From Patescibacteria group bacterium (lineage in GTDB: Bacteria; Patescibacteriota; Saccharimonadia; Saccharimonadales; CAIOMD01), in contig DATKGW010000012.1 of the NCBI GenBank assembly GCA_035510605.1, positions 47,895 through 111,894 on the forward strand: 64,000 nucleotides of DNA, written 5' to 3'. Within the stretch, counting starts at the first letter, position 1. Every line of letters starts with the position of its first letter. Positions 48,183 through 57,492 of this stretch are shown here, one piece after another. Below the pieces are notes generated by a model. The model was not told where the DNA came from, made no database searches, and saw only the letters and a list, made by a program, of their open reading frames with translations. Made by a program: the position numbers and the translations under genes.

Positions 48183-49499
48183 ATGGAAACAAAACTCTTA
48201 TCCGAGCAGTGCATAGCTGTACTTAAAGCCAACGACCGTAAATCCCATACCGTACCGGCACCGAATTTGTATCCGCACCAGTGGCTTTGGGATAGCTGTT
48301 TTGCCGCCATCGGATGGGCTCAAATAGATGCTCAGCGCGCCAAAAAAGAAATCTTGAGCTTAATACGCGGCCAATGGGATAACGGTATGATCCCGCATAT
48401 TATTTTTAATATGGCGAATGAGTTCAGCCGCGACCGCAATATGTGGCGCAGTTGGGTTTCCAGCCTGTCGCCAAACGACATGGCTACCAGCGGTATTACA
48501 CAGCCACCGCTTTTAGCCGAAGCCGTCAGCCACATCGGCGCCCAACTTAAAAAACCGGAGCGCCAACTATTTTACAAAAAAGTTTTGCCCGCCATAATCC
48601 GCTACCACCAGTGGCTGTATAACGAGCGCGATCCGCACAAAGAGGGTTTGGTGTTGCAAATTCACCCACACGAGACCGGCATGGATAATACTCCACCGTG
48701 GATAGACCAATTGCGCGAGCATAGCTGGCCGTGGTGGGTCACAATTATAGAAAAACTGCATCTGGAAGGAATTATTAATTTTATCAGGCGCGACATCCGC
48801 TCGGTGCCCAGCGACCAGCGGGCCAGAAATATTGATGCCATGGTTTGCTGGGATGTCGTGCGCCGCTTACGCCGCAAGCATTACGATATAGACAAAGTTC
48901 TGCACCGCTCATTATTCGTCATAGACGATGTAGCTTTTAACAGCATTTTTGTTCGCAATAACACCATTTTACAAGAGATAGCTGCCGAGTCTCGTATAAA
49001 ATTGCCCGAAGATCTACTAGAAAGCATGAAACGTACCGAGGCAGCCCTAGAAGAACTTTGGGACGAAAATTTTGCGGTCTATTTTAGCCGTGATTTTATC
49101 TCCAACAAGCTACTGCGCGAACCGACAATTGCTAGCCTGCTGCCACTTTATGCCGGTACCATCAATAAAGAGCGAGCAGATAAACTGATCAGGATTTTGA
49201 TGAACGATAAAGCTTTTTGGCTTAAAAACCCTGTGCCTTCGGTCCCGCGCAATATGCGCTATTTTGACGCCAACCGTTACTGGCAAGGCCCGACCTGGAT
49301 AAATATGAACTGGCTGTTAATTGATGGTTTGGCGCGGATGGGCTACGAGGTTGAGGCAGAAGCCCTAAAAAGTCATACCGTAGAAATGATGCGCGAAAAT
49401 GGCATCTGGGAATATTACAACCCGCTCACCGGCGAAGGTTTGGGCAGCCCCGATTTTACCTGGTCGGCCGCCCTGGCACTTGATTTACTCGAAGAATAA
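48183..49499 (+). CDS. (alpha/alpha)6-barrel glycoside hydrolase, GH63-like (mannosyl/glucosylglycerate hydrolase-like)
   Basis: Size (~440 aa) and N-terminal YPHQWLWDSCFAAIGW motif typical of six-hairpin glycosidases of the GH63/GH37 clan. Assignment by motif recollection only. Confidence 0.5.
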   Translation: METKLLSEQCIAVLKANDRKSHTVPAPNLYPHQWLWDSCFAAIGWAQIDAQRAKKEILSLIRGQWDNGMIPHIIFNMANEFSRDRNMWRSWVSSLSPNDMATSGITQPPLLAEAVSHIGAQLKKPERQLFYKKVLPAIIRYHQWLYNERDPHKEGLVLQIHPHETGMDNTPPWIDQLREHSWPWWVTIIEKLHLEGIINFIRRDIRSVPSDQRARNIDAMVCWDVVRRLRRKHYDIDKVLHRSLFVIDDVAFNSIFVRNNTILQEIAAESRIKLPEDLLESMKRTEAALEELWDENFAVYFSRDFISNKLLREPTIASLLPLYAGTINKERADKLIRILMNDKAFWLKNPVPSVPRNMRYFDANRYWQGPTWINMNWLLIDGLARMGYEVEAEALKSHTVEMMRENGIWEYYNPLTGEGLGSPDFTWSAALALDLLEE

Positions 49500-49605
49500 G
49501 AGATACTTGGCCGCCAAAATCAGCTGAACTTTAGCTGTGGATAATAGATATATGCTACTTATAAATTAGTGGTACTATTAAATTAATTAATTTGGGAGTT
49601 GTGTC

Positions 49606-50523
49606 ATGGCCGAAAAAGCTAAAAAGAAGAAGCTTAGTAAAAATGTTAAGAGGATAATCGGTGGAGTTGTAGTACTTTTAATAGTAATAATCGGCTTAAT
49701 CATTTTGTTTGGCAGCCCTAGTGCAAATACCGTTTTTAAAGATATGAATGATACCATGCTTAAAACCAAGTCCGTCACAGTTAACGAAACATATAAAGGC
49801 GGCTCAGGTACAGATGTAATCGATCTTAGCGCTACCACCTATATGAACATGATGAGCAGTACACAGTTACTGGCTAAGGGGAATTTTACGCTCGATTTAA
49901 CATCCAGCGGCACACCCATGACTGTTGATGCTGATTTTATCGCAACTGGCGGCGATAATTATATAAAGTTCAGCAAGTTGTCTTCGTCTGATGCCACATT
50001 GTCAGACAGTTTTAGCATGGTTGAATCTAAAATAAAGGGCACCTGGATAAAAGCCAAAGACGGTGATAGCTTTGCTTCTTTTGCCAAGTTCCCTACAGAA
50101 TCTTTATCCAGCGTTTTGCCAACGCCATTTGCCAACCTGACAGACGCGCAACGAAAAGATGTGCTATCAATACTCCAAGACAAAAGCACCTACACCATAG
50201 AAGAAAGCTCCAAGGTAGATGTCGGCGGTGTTTCTGCCTACAAATACGCCATTACCTACAATAAAGACCAATATGACAAAGTAGCCAAAGCCATAGCCGG
50301 ATATGTCAGCTATTTCAAATCAAGCAGCAGCGATAACAGCCAAATCAAATCCCTGACCGTATGGGTAAATATTAAGACCAAGCAAATCATAAAGATTGAA
50401 TTTACCGGCACCACAGACCAAGGAGATATTACCGGCACCATTGCGTTTTCCGGATATAACCAAAATATAGCTGTAGAAAAACCCAGCGACTACTCGATTG
50501 AGTCAGAACTGTTATCTAACTAA
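49606..50523 (+). CDS. membrane-anchored extracytoplasmic protein, unknown
   Basis: Lys-rich N-terminus, one TM helix, Ser/Thr-rich beta domain. Confidence 0.4.
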   Translation: MAEKAKKKKLSKNVKRIIGGVVVLLIVIIGLIILFGSPSANTVFKDMNDTMLKTKSVTVNETYKGGSGTDVIDLSATTYMNMMSSTQLLAKGNFTLDLTSSGTPMTVDADFIATGGDNYIKFSKLSSSDATLSDSFSMVESKIKGTWIKAKDGDSFASFAKFPTESLSSVLPTPFANLTDAQRKDVLSILQDKSTYTIEESSKVDVGGVSAYKYAITYNKDQYDKVAKAIAGYVSYFKSSSSDNSQIKSLTVWVNIKTKQIIKIEFTGTTDQGDITGTIAFSGYNQNIAVEKPSDYSIESELLSN

Positions 50524-50625
50524 GGCCACCCTTACTAGCACTAGATTGGCTAGAAGATTATTATCGCTTTTCGGCCTTTTGACCTCGTCGGCATAAATAC
50601 ACATTTATGGAAGCGATACAATTCA

Positions 50626-50667
50626 TCCCCCGGGAGGGGGTGGGCTCACGAGGAGCCCCACCCCCCA
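50626..50667. repeat. GC-rich near-perfect palindrome (stem ~12 bp, 5-nt loop) at the edge of a GC-rich islet
   Basis: GGGGGTGGGCTC-acgag-GAGCCCcACCCCC, preceded by CCCCCGGG. Stands out against an AT-rich background. Confidence 0.5.
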
Positions 50668-51041
50668 CTGAACTGCAGTTCTCTTTTGATAACGATTGCC
50701 ACACGGCCTTGGCCGGTTATCCGCCCAAAGAGTAGGCGCAGAATGCCCTTGAGTTCAGAAGATCTCCGCACGAGATGCCGATTAAACCGAATGTGCAAAA
50801 CGTACGGATTAGAGAGCCCGATAGACATGATTCCGCGGTCTCCAACCACAAAGTGGTTGAGGATTGCACGTAGCAATACGGAATCGCCCCGCTTAGGCTC
50901 GTAAACCTCGGCGGCTGTAGAAAACCACGGCCACCAGTCATTCTCTGTAAATGGCTCATTGGCTTCGACTGTCAGTTCTCCAATAAAGCGAGTGACACTA
51001 CGTGTCCGAAAATGAACCTCTACTTCGCTCAATGGCTCCAC
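50646..51041 (-). CDS. 131-aa ORF of unknown function inside the GC-rich islet (GTG start with strong RBS)
   Basis: AAGGAG 6 nt upstream of the GTG start. No Cys, Trp-rich, no recognisable motif. The 3' end runs into the GC palindrome. Confidence 0.45.
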   Translation of the reverse strand: MEPLSEVEVHFRTRSVTRFIGELTVEANEPFTENDWWPWFSTAAEVYEPKRGDSVLLRAILNHFVVGDRGIMSIGLSNPYVLHIRFNRHLVRRSSELKGILRLLFGRITGQGRVAIVIKRELQFSGGWGSS

Positions 51042-51166
51042 GGTCTTCTCCTTAATAGGGGGATGAATTGTCTTGGTACGTTCTGTGTAAAAACCTCACA
51101 GAAAACTGCTATATATTAGCATATTAGCTTTCCTTTGTCAATGGCCTATATTTGCAGATTACCTGT

Positions 51167-51877
51167 TTAATCGGCAGTGATGCTTAGGCTGCTGATGCTA
51201 CCTTCGCGGCTTATCCAACCGGCGCCCTCCAGGCTGACAAATTCAATGGTTTTTGGTTTTGGATTAAGAGTCATCAAATCAAAGGAATAACTAAAAGGTT
51301 CGTTTTGGGTGACCTTGACACCGTTGACTATGCCTGTACCACCGCTTGGGGCCATATAATAAAAGCCTCGCCAAAACATTTGCCCGGTAGCGGTAGGATC
51401 TTCGCCCAACAGGTTATGATCCACCCCTTTTGCGTCCTTGTAGGCAATGGCAACTGCCACAGGCGCTTCGCGGCCGTTTAGCCCGGTACCAGAAAGAGTT
51501 TGCAAATTGGCTGTGCCTTTTACTTTAATTATTACATTGCTAAAATCACTGACATCTTTATTAATATTAAACATGATGCCGCTGCGTGAGTTGGCCTGGA
51601 TGGCTTTAAATGTCACGCCGTTTGGCCCGGTGGTTACCTCGCCGCCGGAGCTTTTTGGTTGATACCAAACCTCTTCGTACCAGCTGCCCAAGCCGTTTAC
51701 AAATGTTGTTTGCGGCAATATAACTGTTGACCCCGTAGAAGTACTTGCCGAGTTGCTGTTAGCCGTTTGGCTGTTATTATCTTTTTTGTTAAAAACAAAA
51801 ACCCCAACCAAAATTGCGGCAATTATCACAACTACAATAATTAACCACCACATTTTTAGAAACTTTTTCTTTGCCAT
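51167..51877 (-). CDS. membrane-anchored extracytoplasmic beta-rich protein, unknown
   Basis: KKK + TM N-terminus, Ser/Thr-rich linker, Gly/Thr-rich beta domain. Confidence 0.4.
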   Translation of the reverse strand: MAKKKFLKMWWLIIVVVIIAAILVGVFVFNKKDNNSQTANSNSASTSTGSTVILPQTTFVNGLGSWYEEVWYQPKSSGGEVTTGPNGVTFKAIQANSRSGIMFNINKDVSDFSNVIIKVKGTANLQTLSGTGLNGREAPVAVAIAYKDAKGVDHNLLGEDPTATGQMFWRGFYYMAPSGGTGIVNGVKVTQNEPFSYSFDLMTLNPKPKTIEFVSLEGAGWISREGSISSLSITAD

Positions 51878-52014
51878 TTTGTAGCTCCCTTAGTTAAGTT
51901 TATTTTAATACAAATCTTATATTTTACGCAGAGCGAACCTACTTCCCCATATTTTGCTTATGCTTGCACACCATATTTATAGAGTTATACTTATCTAATC
52001 TAGAGGATATAAAA

Positions 52015-52896
52015 ATGGAGCGTAGCCCATCTTTTGAAGAAGTATATTTAAATTTGCGTAATTTGGGTGGATACCCACAAATTGATATAGATCCGCTCGC
52101 AACCCAACAAGAAAAAGAAACTGCGTTCATGAGCGAACCAAATATTCTTAGAGACTCGGTTGCAACAATTTTTAATAAATATGCCCTGCCCAGCAAATCA
52201 CGTGGAGTAACAAGCTTTTACACACCAAATGCCTGTATAAGTTTAAATATCATAGGCAAAGAATCGGTTAGTGGTGGTGAGATTGAATTATTTATAAGCC
52301 ATATAGCCGAAAAAAACGTATATGCAATTATTCGCCAGTTTAACGCTGATGGTAAGAAAAAACATTTGCCCATATATATTTTTCGGGGAAGTGGTGATAA
52401 AACTGAAATTTTTAGCCAAAAAGGTCAAAAACTTGAAACTGAAAATGAGCGGTATCTTCCCCGTTTAATCATTGATGGAATAAAGTGTTGGCATGAATAT
52501 CATGTTCGTTACATTGCAAATTCTGCCAAGCTAGACAAATTTTTTGCCTGGGATAAGGGTGCTATTAAAGATCCAGATTATTACGAATTCTACATCAAAT
52601 CTGCACATACAAATAATCCATACAAGGCAGTAAACACCGAAGTTATGCAGTACGGCGATGCGCTCGAAGAAGCAATGCAAGTGTATTATGATAATTGCCC
52701 CGAGGATAAACCGACTTACACAGGCAGTAATCCGTTAGAATTAGCCATAGTAGGTGCAATGTTTGGCAATGAATGTAAAGTATTACCCACCAAACCCCTT
52801 AAACCTTTATTTAGAGAGTTAACTACTTATGATAGTGATAGCCACTATTTGACACAGTTTAGACGTAATATGATTTGGCGTGACAGTATAAATTAG
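52015..52896 (+). CDS. hypothetical protein (AT-rich islet)
   Basis: GAGGA RBS 7 nt before the ATG at 52015 (MERSPSF...). No recognisable motif. Composition more AT-rich than the surroundings. Confidence 0.4.
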   Translation: MERSPSFEEVYLNLRNLGGYPQIDIDPLATQQEKETAFMSEPNILRDSVATIFNKYALPSKSRGVTSFYTPNACISLNIIGKESVSGGEIELFISHIAEKNVYAIIRQFNADGKKKHLPIYIFRGSGDKTEIFSQKGQKLETENERYLPRLIIDGIKCWHEYHVRYIANSAKLDKFFAWDKGAIKDPDYYEFYIKSAHTNNPYKAVNTEVMQYGDALEEAMQVYYDNCPEDKPTYTGSNPLELAIVGAMFGNECKVLPTKPLKPLFRELTTYDSDSHYLTQFRRNMIWRDSIN

Positions 52897-52973
52897 CTAT
52901 AAGCTAATAACCTTTCGATATTTAAGCCCATACTTTTACTTTATTAGGATTATCCGTGGTTTATTGCGCCTGG

Positions 52974-53510
52974 CTATCTAGAACGGTTAATTGCAACAAT
53001 TAAGGGTTTACGTAAAATGTGGTTCATCCGGCCGATGATTTTATTTAGTACATTTTCGGCTTTTTTGTAGTCGGTAATATAAATAGACGACCCGTCTGAA
53101 AAAGTTGCCTGGCTATTACTTCTGCCATTATGCATGTGTGACCTATGTATGCTTATAAGTTCTCCTTCCGCAGAGATAGCAAGCATGGTTGAGCCGTCTT
53201 TTTCGTGGTTGTGATAGTGGTCGTGCTCGTATAAAGCCCAACCCAAACGTTCATTGGGGCGATTCAATGCATTGTTGACGGCAATTTTTATAGGGTTTGT
53301 TTCTTTATGCAGTACTTGGGGTTCTTGAGCAAGCGGTGTTTGCTCTGCGTCATTGTAAAGTTCATAAAAATTTTCGGTTATAAATGCCAAGCTAGAACTA
53401 AACCAAGCCCGGCTAGCATAAAATTCATCATCTCGTTGTGGAATTTCTATAAATTCTTTTGCATCTGTACGCGGTATAAACTCTGCCATTTGTATATTTA
53501 CCTCATTCAA
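52974..53510 (-). CDS. hypothetical protein (AT-rich islet), His-rich central segment
   Basis: Intact ORF convergent with the 52015 gene. A GAGGT SD-like element favours the internal start at 53489 (MAEFIP...). The HDHYHNHEKD cluster suggests metal binding. Confidence 0.35.
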   Translation of the reverse strand: MNEVNIQMAEFIPRTDAKEFIEIPQRDDEFYASRAWFSSSLAFITENFYELYNDAEQTPLAQEPQVLHKETNPIKIAVNNALNRPNERLGWALYEHDHYHNHEKDGSTMLAISAEGELISIHRSHMHNGRSNSQATFSDGSSIYITDYKKAENVLNKIIGRMNHILRKPLIVAINRSR

Positions 53511-53582
53511 GATATATATAATAAAATTTTGTGCGCCTTATGTCAATCTGAATATATTTTATGGGACATATTTACCCAAAAT

Positions 53583-54230
53583 TTATTTGACCAACTCTAC
53601 TAGGCTGCTAATAGCTAAAGATCCGGCTTTTTTAAATTGTTGCCTGGTTAAAAGCCCGGTTTCTACACCAACAAAATTAAAACCTGCACCAATAGCAGCC
53701 TCTCTGTCGAGCAAGCCATCGCCAACGTATAAAACCTCGCTTGTATTTATACTGTGGTTGCCGAGCCATCTAATTGCCGGCTCAAAAACTCTTGGGTCTG
53801 GCTTATGATAAGCTGTGCTTTCTTGGGTCTGGGTATAATCCAGCAATGCTCTAGGAATACCAAGAACATCCAAATCGTGGTCGAAGCTAAATTTAGCCGT
53901 AGAAGTCACGACACCTAATTTAAGCCCCATCTCTTGTAATGTTTGCAGGGTTTCTATAGTACCCTCTAATAATTGCTTGGGGTATTCTTTGTGACATTCC
54001 AGAACGTGTTGTTCGGCTAAGTCCACATCATCCGTTTCGTAAAAAATTTTATATAACTCATTTAGCGGCATACCCCAGTGTTTGCGAATTTTTTCATCAG
54101 TTAATTCGATGTTGTACCATTTTTTGGCAACATATTTATGCTGGGCCGATTTGGCTATATATGTACCAACTAAAGTGTCATCGTGGTCAAAAAAGATGGC
54201 TTTAGTATTTACAGGGATAATTTCGCTCAT
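53583..54230 (-). CDS. HAD-superfamily hydrolase, subfamily IA
   Basis: Motif I FDHDDTL, motif II VTS, motif III K (KPDP), motif IV GDGLLD. Confidence 0.8.
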   Translation of the reverse strand: MSEIIPVNTKAIFFDHDDTLVGTYIAKSAQHKYVAKKWYNIELTDEKIRKHWGMPLNELYKIFYETDDVDLAEQHVLECHKEYPKQLLEGTIETLQTLQEMGLKLGVVTSTAKFSFDHDLDVLGIPRALLDYTQTQESTAYHKPDPRVFEPAIRWLGNHSINTSEVLYVGDGLLDREAAIGAGFNFVGVETGLLTRQQFKKAGSLAISSLVELVK

Positions 54231-54337
54231 CCAAACAATTTTGCTTTAAGGCGTTGCCATATGCAAGCATGAGCATAATAATATTTTTTGGTTTTCGCTT
54301 CTAATTAAGGCTGGTTACTTTTTCGTCATCAAAATCT

Positions 54338-54811
54338 CTAATGTGTGAAGATTAGAATCAAAACAGCTAACATCAAAAACATAACCGTGCATAAGGCTTC
54401 GAATTGCAAACCCCATGTTATTAGCGGTCCGAATTTATGTATCCGGCCAGTATAAGTCACAATACCACCCCTGACTTTCTGATAACCATAAACGTCCATA
54501 TAGACCAGAGTAAGCTTATACTCCATTCTTTCAGCAACCCCCTTTGACTTTATACCAAGATCCCTAATTTCAACTGTTTCAATTGGGTGATGCTGTTTTG
54601 TCCAACAAGCACCTTTTGATTTATAATGTGCATCAATCCTGGTATACGGATTTTTACTAGCCGTTAAACCAACATAATATTTATCATCTTGTAGCTTTAA
54701 TGCATATAGCCAATAGTGATTGATCGGATCATCTTTTCGGCTTTGCAATTTGGTTTCTATGCTCGCACGAACGGTTAATGGATTAACAATAGTTAAGTCA
54801 AAGCTGCTCAT
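54338..54811 (-). CDS. GIY-YIG nuclease-domain protein with C-terminal TM helix
   Basis: YWLYALKLQDDKYYVGLT...R(IDA)H...E pattern of a GIY-YIG core. C-terminal hydrophobic helix (ALCTVMFLMLAVLILIF). Confidence 0.5.
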   Translation of the reverse strand: MSSFDLTIVNPLTVRASIETKLQSRKDDPINHYWLYALKLQDDKYYVGLTASKNPYTRIDAHYKSKGACWTKQHHPIETVEIRDLGIKSKGVAERMEYKLTLVYMDVYGYQKVRGGIVTYTGRIHKFGPLITWGLQFEALCTVMFLMLAVLILIFTH

Positions 54812-54883
54812 ATTTCAAATCTTAACACAAAAGTCTATACCGTTAACTACTATAGAAATGCTAGATGTTATACTTTTTGTACA

Positions 54884-55552
54884 ATGCTAGAGCACCATAT
54901 TCAAAAATCAATTGTCTACAAGTTGGCTTTTAACGAGGCTCTGCGTTTTAGCGAGCTAAAACCGGCTGATCTGGATAACAAACTGTTTAATTACCATCTT
55001 AAATTAGTCATAAATGCCGGGTTGGTTAAAAAAGACGAAAACGGCTTATACAGCCTAACCGCCGAAGGCCGCCGAGTTGGCGTAGGCGTGCTGGATAAAC
55101 AGTTTACAGCACTAGATAGGGCCCATTCGGTTTTATTTTTAATCATCCGGCAAAAAAGCGATAAAGCTTGGCTGCTTTTTAAGCGCAAAACTCATCCATT
55201 GCTTGGCGATGTAGGTTTTATGCACGTAAACCCCATTGCCACCGAGGATGTTTTTAAAACCGCTCAAGATAGGTTACTGGCAAAAACCAACCTGACCGCC
55301 AGTTTCAAATATTTGGGCAGTGGCTACTTTAAGATTTTTGAAAACGACGATCTAGAAAGCTACACCCACTTTACCACTCTAGTTGCAGAAGATGCACAAG
55401 GCGAGCTTAAGCAAAACAACGACAAGGGCGAATATTTTTGGCAAGCGGATATAAAAACTATTAAAGATGAGCTTTTACCGACAGCTTTAACGCTGGTTGA
55501 GCAATACGAAAAAGGCCAGCCATTTTTTATCGAGCGGACATTTAACCTTTAA
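54884..55552 (+). CDS. winged-helix DNA-binding domain protein with uncharacterised C-terminal alpha/beta domain
   Basis: N-terminal wHTH-like segment (IQKSIVYKLAF...LSELKPADL...YHLKLVINAGLV). The C-terminal domain has no Nudix box despite a Nudix-like beta pattern. Confidence 0.4.
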   Translation: MLEHHIQKSIVYKLAFNEALRFSELKPADLDNKLFNYHLKLVINAGLVKKDENGLYSLTAEGRRVGVGVLDKQFTALDRAHSVLFLIIRQKSDKAWLLFKRKTHPLLGDVGFMHVNPIATEDVFKTAQDRLLAKTNLTASFKYLGSGYFKIFENDDLESYTHFTTLVAEDAQGELKQNNDKGEYFWQADIKTIKDELLPTALTLVEQYEKGQPFFIERTFNL

Positions 55553-56328
55553 AATTCTATAGCTTGTTCTAATGCTTCGTAAGATACATCCGGCGCATGG
55601 CGGCGCCAATATACAGAGAGTGGGCTGTCTTTATCACTTAGCTGCGCCAAAGTCGGGTTGGAGCCGACTTGCAGGTGCAGAGTGCGCGAATCTTCTAATA
55701 GTTCCAAGGCACTCTGCCTGGCAACCAATTGTTTAAGGGCCGGATCCTCAAAATAAGCGATTACCTCGGCATGGGGCGCATTGGCCAGTACCAGTGCTGC
55801 ACTACCAAGCGTGGCGCCGATGATTTTTTTGTGCTTTACATATAGCTTGCGTTTTTCGTGGCCGTCTTTAACCAGATTGGCCGCAGATCTTTCGGCGGTA
55901 GATATTTGGCCGGCTGCCAAGCCAATTAAGTTTGGTGTGGTTATTTCTTGCCCTAAATCTTCGTAGGCCTGCAACGACAAGGTGCGGCGCATTACGTTTT
56001 TGGCGCCAGCGGCATAGTTGTACCAGGCGGTATTTATGGCCGAGGCACCTAATGTTCTGGTGACGAACATGGTATCTTCCTCTGCCTGCATAATTTCTAG
56101 GATGTTTTTAGCAATTTTGATGCCCGTAGCTTGCATCTCGGCCATTAGCACACCCGATACCAGACGTTTACGACGCTCGATTTCACCGGCTTCGCGAGCT
56201 TTAGGCGACACGTAATGGTTGCCCTCGCCCGCTAAATGTTTTACCGGTAAGTCGAATTGTTTAAATGCTTTCATAACTGCAATATTAGGCTTTGCATAAG
56301 CCAAAAGCAGTGAAGACATTTTCACCAA
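55549..56328 (-). CDS. hypothetical protein
   Basis: 259-aa ORF, ATGA-type overlap with the convergent wHTH gene. Only a weak glycine-rich GATLGSAAL segment; no confident family. Confidence 0.35.
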   Translation of the reverse strand: MVKMSSLLLAYAKPNIAVMKAFKQFDLPVKHLAGEGNHYVSPKAREAGEIERRKRLVSGVLMAEMQATGIKIAKNILEIMQAEEDTMFVTRTLGASAINTAWYNYAAGAKNVMRRTLSLQAYEDLGQEITTPNLIGLAAGQISTAERSAANLVKDGHEKRKLYVKHKKIIGATLGSAALVLANAPHAEVIAYFEDPALKQLVARQSALELLEDSRTLHLQVGSNPTLAQLSDKDSPLSVYWRRHAPDVSYEALEQAIEF

Positions 56329-56351
56329 GAATCAGAGTGACGAATATTTAA

Positions 56352-57116
56352 TTACTTAAATGTTACAAAATATGAGATTGTAAAACTGATAACATTTAAG
56401 AGGAAACTTAAAGCTAGCATACCCACCAGTTTGTGTTGTCTTTTTAAGAATAAATAGTAAATGAGGGCTTCGAAGATTACTATCAAAATCTCGGCAGTTA
56501 ACAAGTTAAAAATTGTAGTAAAGCCAAAACGCTCAACAACATAAGTGTAAAGCGGCACAGAGATAACATTTGCCAATAAGCCGGCAGCTAATAATTTTTT
56601 TGGCATTTTTTTAAATAATACGAGCAAAGCGATTATTGCTAATTCTGCCGCTACTGTCACCAACGTGTTTTTTAAGATCACGCTTATCGGCACGGTTTTT
56701 TGAGTGCTAGCCACAATATGGCTAATATCAACAGATATACCATTGCCAGAGATATATACAATATAGGTCGAGTTAAAACCTTTTGTTTTAAAAGTGTTAC
56801 TAAAATATTTTTTACCATTCATTTTTAATAACAACTGATGATAATCACTATAACCGTAGGCCAAAGATGTACATATATTGGCATTTTCGCAATCAAAATG
56901 TTGCGGACCGATAATTGTTAGTGGATGGCTCTTGTTACACTGCGAATCGTCGCATTCGTATTGCTGTAAAGACACTTTTGACTGGTTTATTGTACCAATA
57001 TATTGGAGGTTAAAACTCATTTCAGGCTTTGGCCCTATATCTGCATGGGCAAAGCTAGAAAAAACAAGGATAATGCCAGTTACCACTATTAAATTTAGAA
57101 ATGTTTTTTTGAGCAT
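56352..57116 (-). CDS. integral membrane protein with Cys-rich extracytoplasmic N-domain
   Basis: Signal peptide, 6 Cys in about 40 aa (CDDSQC...CENANIC), then 3-4 TM helices. Confidence 0.4.
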   Translation of the reverse strand: MLKKTFLNLIVVTGIILVFSSFAHADIGPKPEMSFNLQYIGTINQSKVSLQQYECDDSQCNKSHPLTIIGPQHFDCENANICTSLAYGYSDYHQLLLKMNGKKYFSNTFKTKGFNSTYIVYISGNGISVDISHIVASTQKTVPISVILKNTLVTVAAELAIIALLVLFKKMPKKLLAAGLLANVISVPLYTYVVERFGFTTIFNLLTAEILIVIFEALIYYLFLKRQHKLVGMLALSFLLNVISFTISYFVTFK

Positions 57117-57127
57117 TTAATTTAATT

Positions 57128-57478
57128 TTACTCTTGATTTTCTGGTTTCAGTATATGCCTGGCTAAGAGATGCTCAAACGGCTCGGTGGCCTCTGCCAAA
57201 GTTTCGTCATTAAGCTCAAAATTCGATATTTTCTGGTTTGCTTCTTCGGCTATTTGCCCAAAAGCATTTTTGATATCTTCATCTGTAACCCGCTTTTTGT
57301 ATGGCAAATCGGCTAGAGCATTAAACCTCAAACCGGCATATACGCCGCTTATATTATTATGATCCATATAAGCCTCTTTAATTTGGCTATTGAGCCAATC
57401 TATCTTGGCCCTTGTCTGATCTAAAAGCTCTTGCTGGTTGTGGGGTGTTTCTTCTGGTAAATGAAACTTTTCATCCAT
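57128..57478 (-). CDS. hypothetical small acidic protein
   Basis: 116-aa ORF directly downstream of rmuC. Confidence 0.3.
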   Translation of the reverse strand: MDEKFHLPEETPHNQQELLDQTRAKIDWLNSQIKEAYMDHNNISGVYAGLRFNALADLPYKKRVTDEDIKNAFGQIAEEANQKISNFELNDETLAEATEPFEHLLARHILKPENQE

Positions 57479-57492
57479 CCTAGTAATTTCCT

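Noticed and set aside
50524-50680. Possible tRNA/tmRNA near the GC palindrome
   Set aside because: No T-loop (GTTCRANTCC) or acceptor/CCA-like structure. The hairpin is too GC-homopolymeric for a tRNA arm.
50700-51110. Possible RNase P RNA (CR-V-like ACAGAAAACUGCUAUA at ~51095)
   Set aside because: Only one short approximate match. The CR-I and CR-II consensus blocks (GGAAAGUCCGGGCUCC and AGGGUGAAA.GGUGCGGUAAGAGCGCACC) are not seen on either strand. A protein-coding ORF with strong RBS occupies the region.
51939-52196. 85-aa minus-strand ORF
   Set aside because: Overlaps the promoter/RBS and 5' end of the 52015 gene in antisense. Unlikely to be real.
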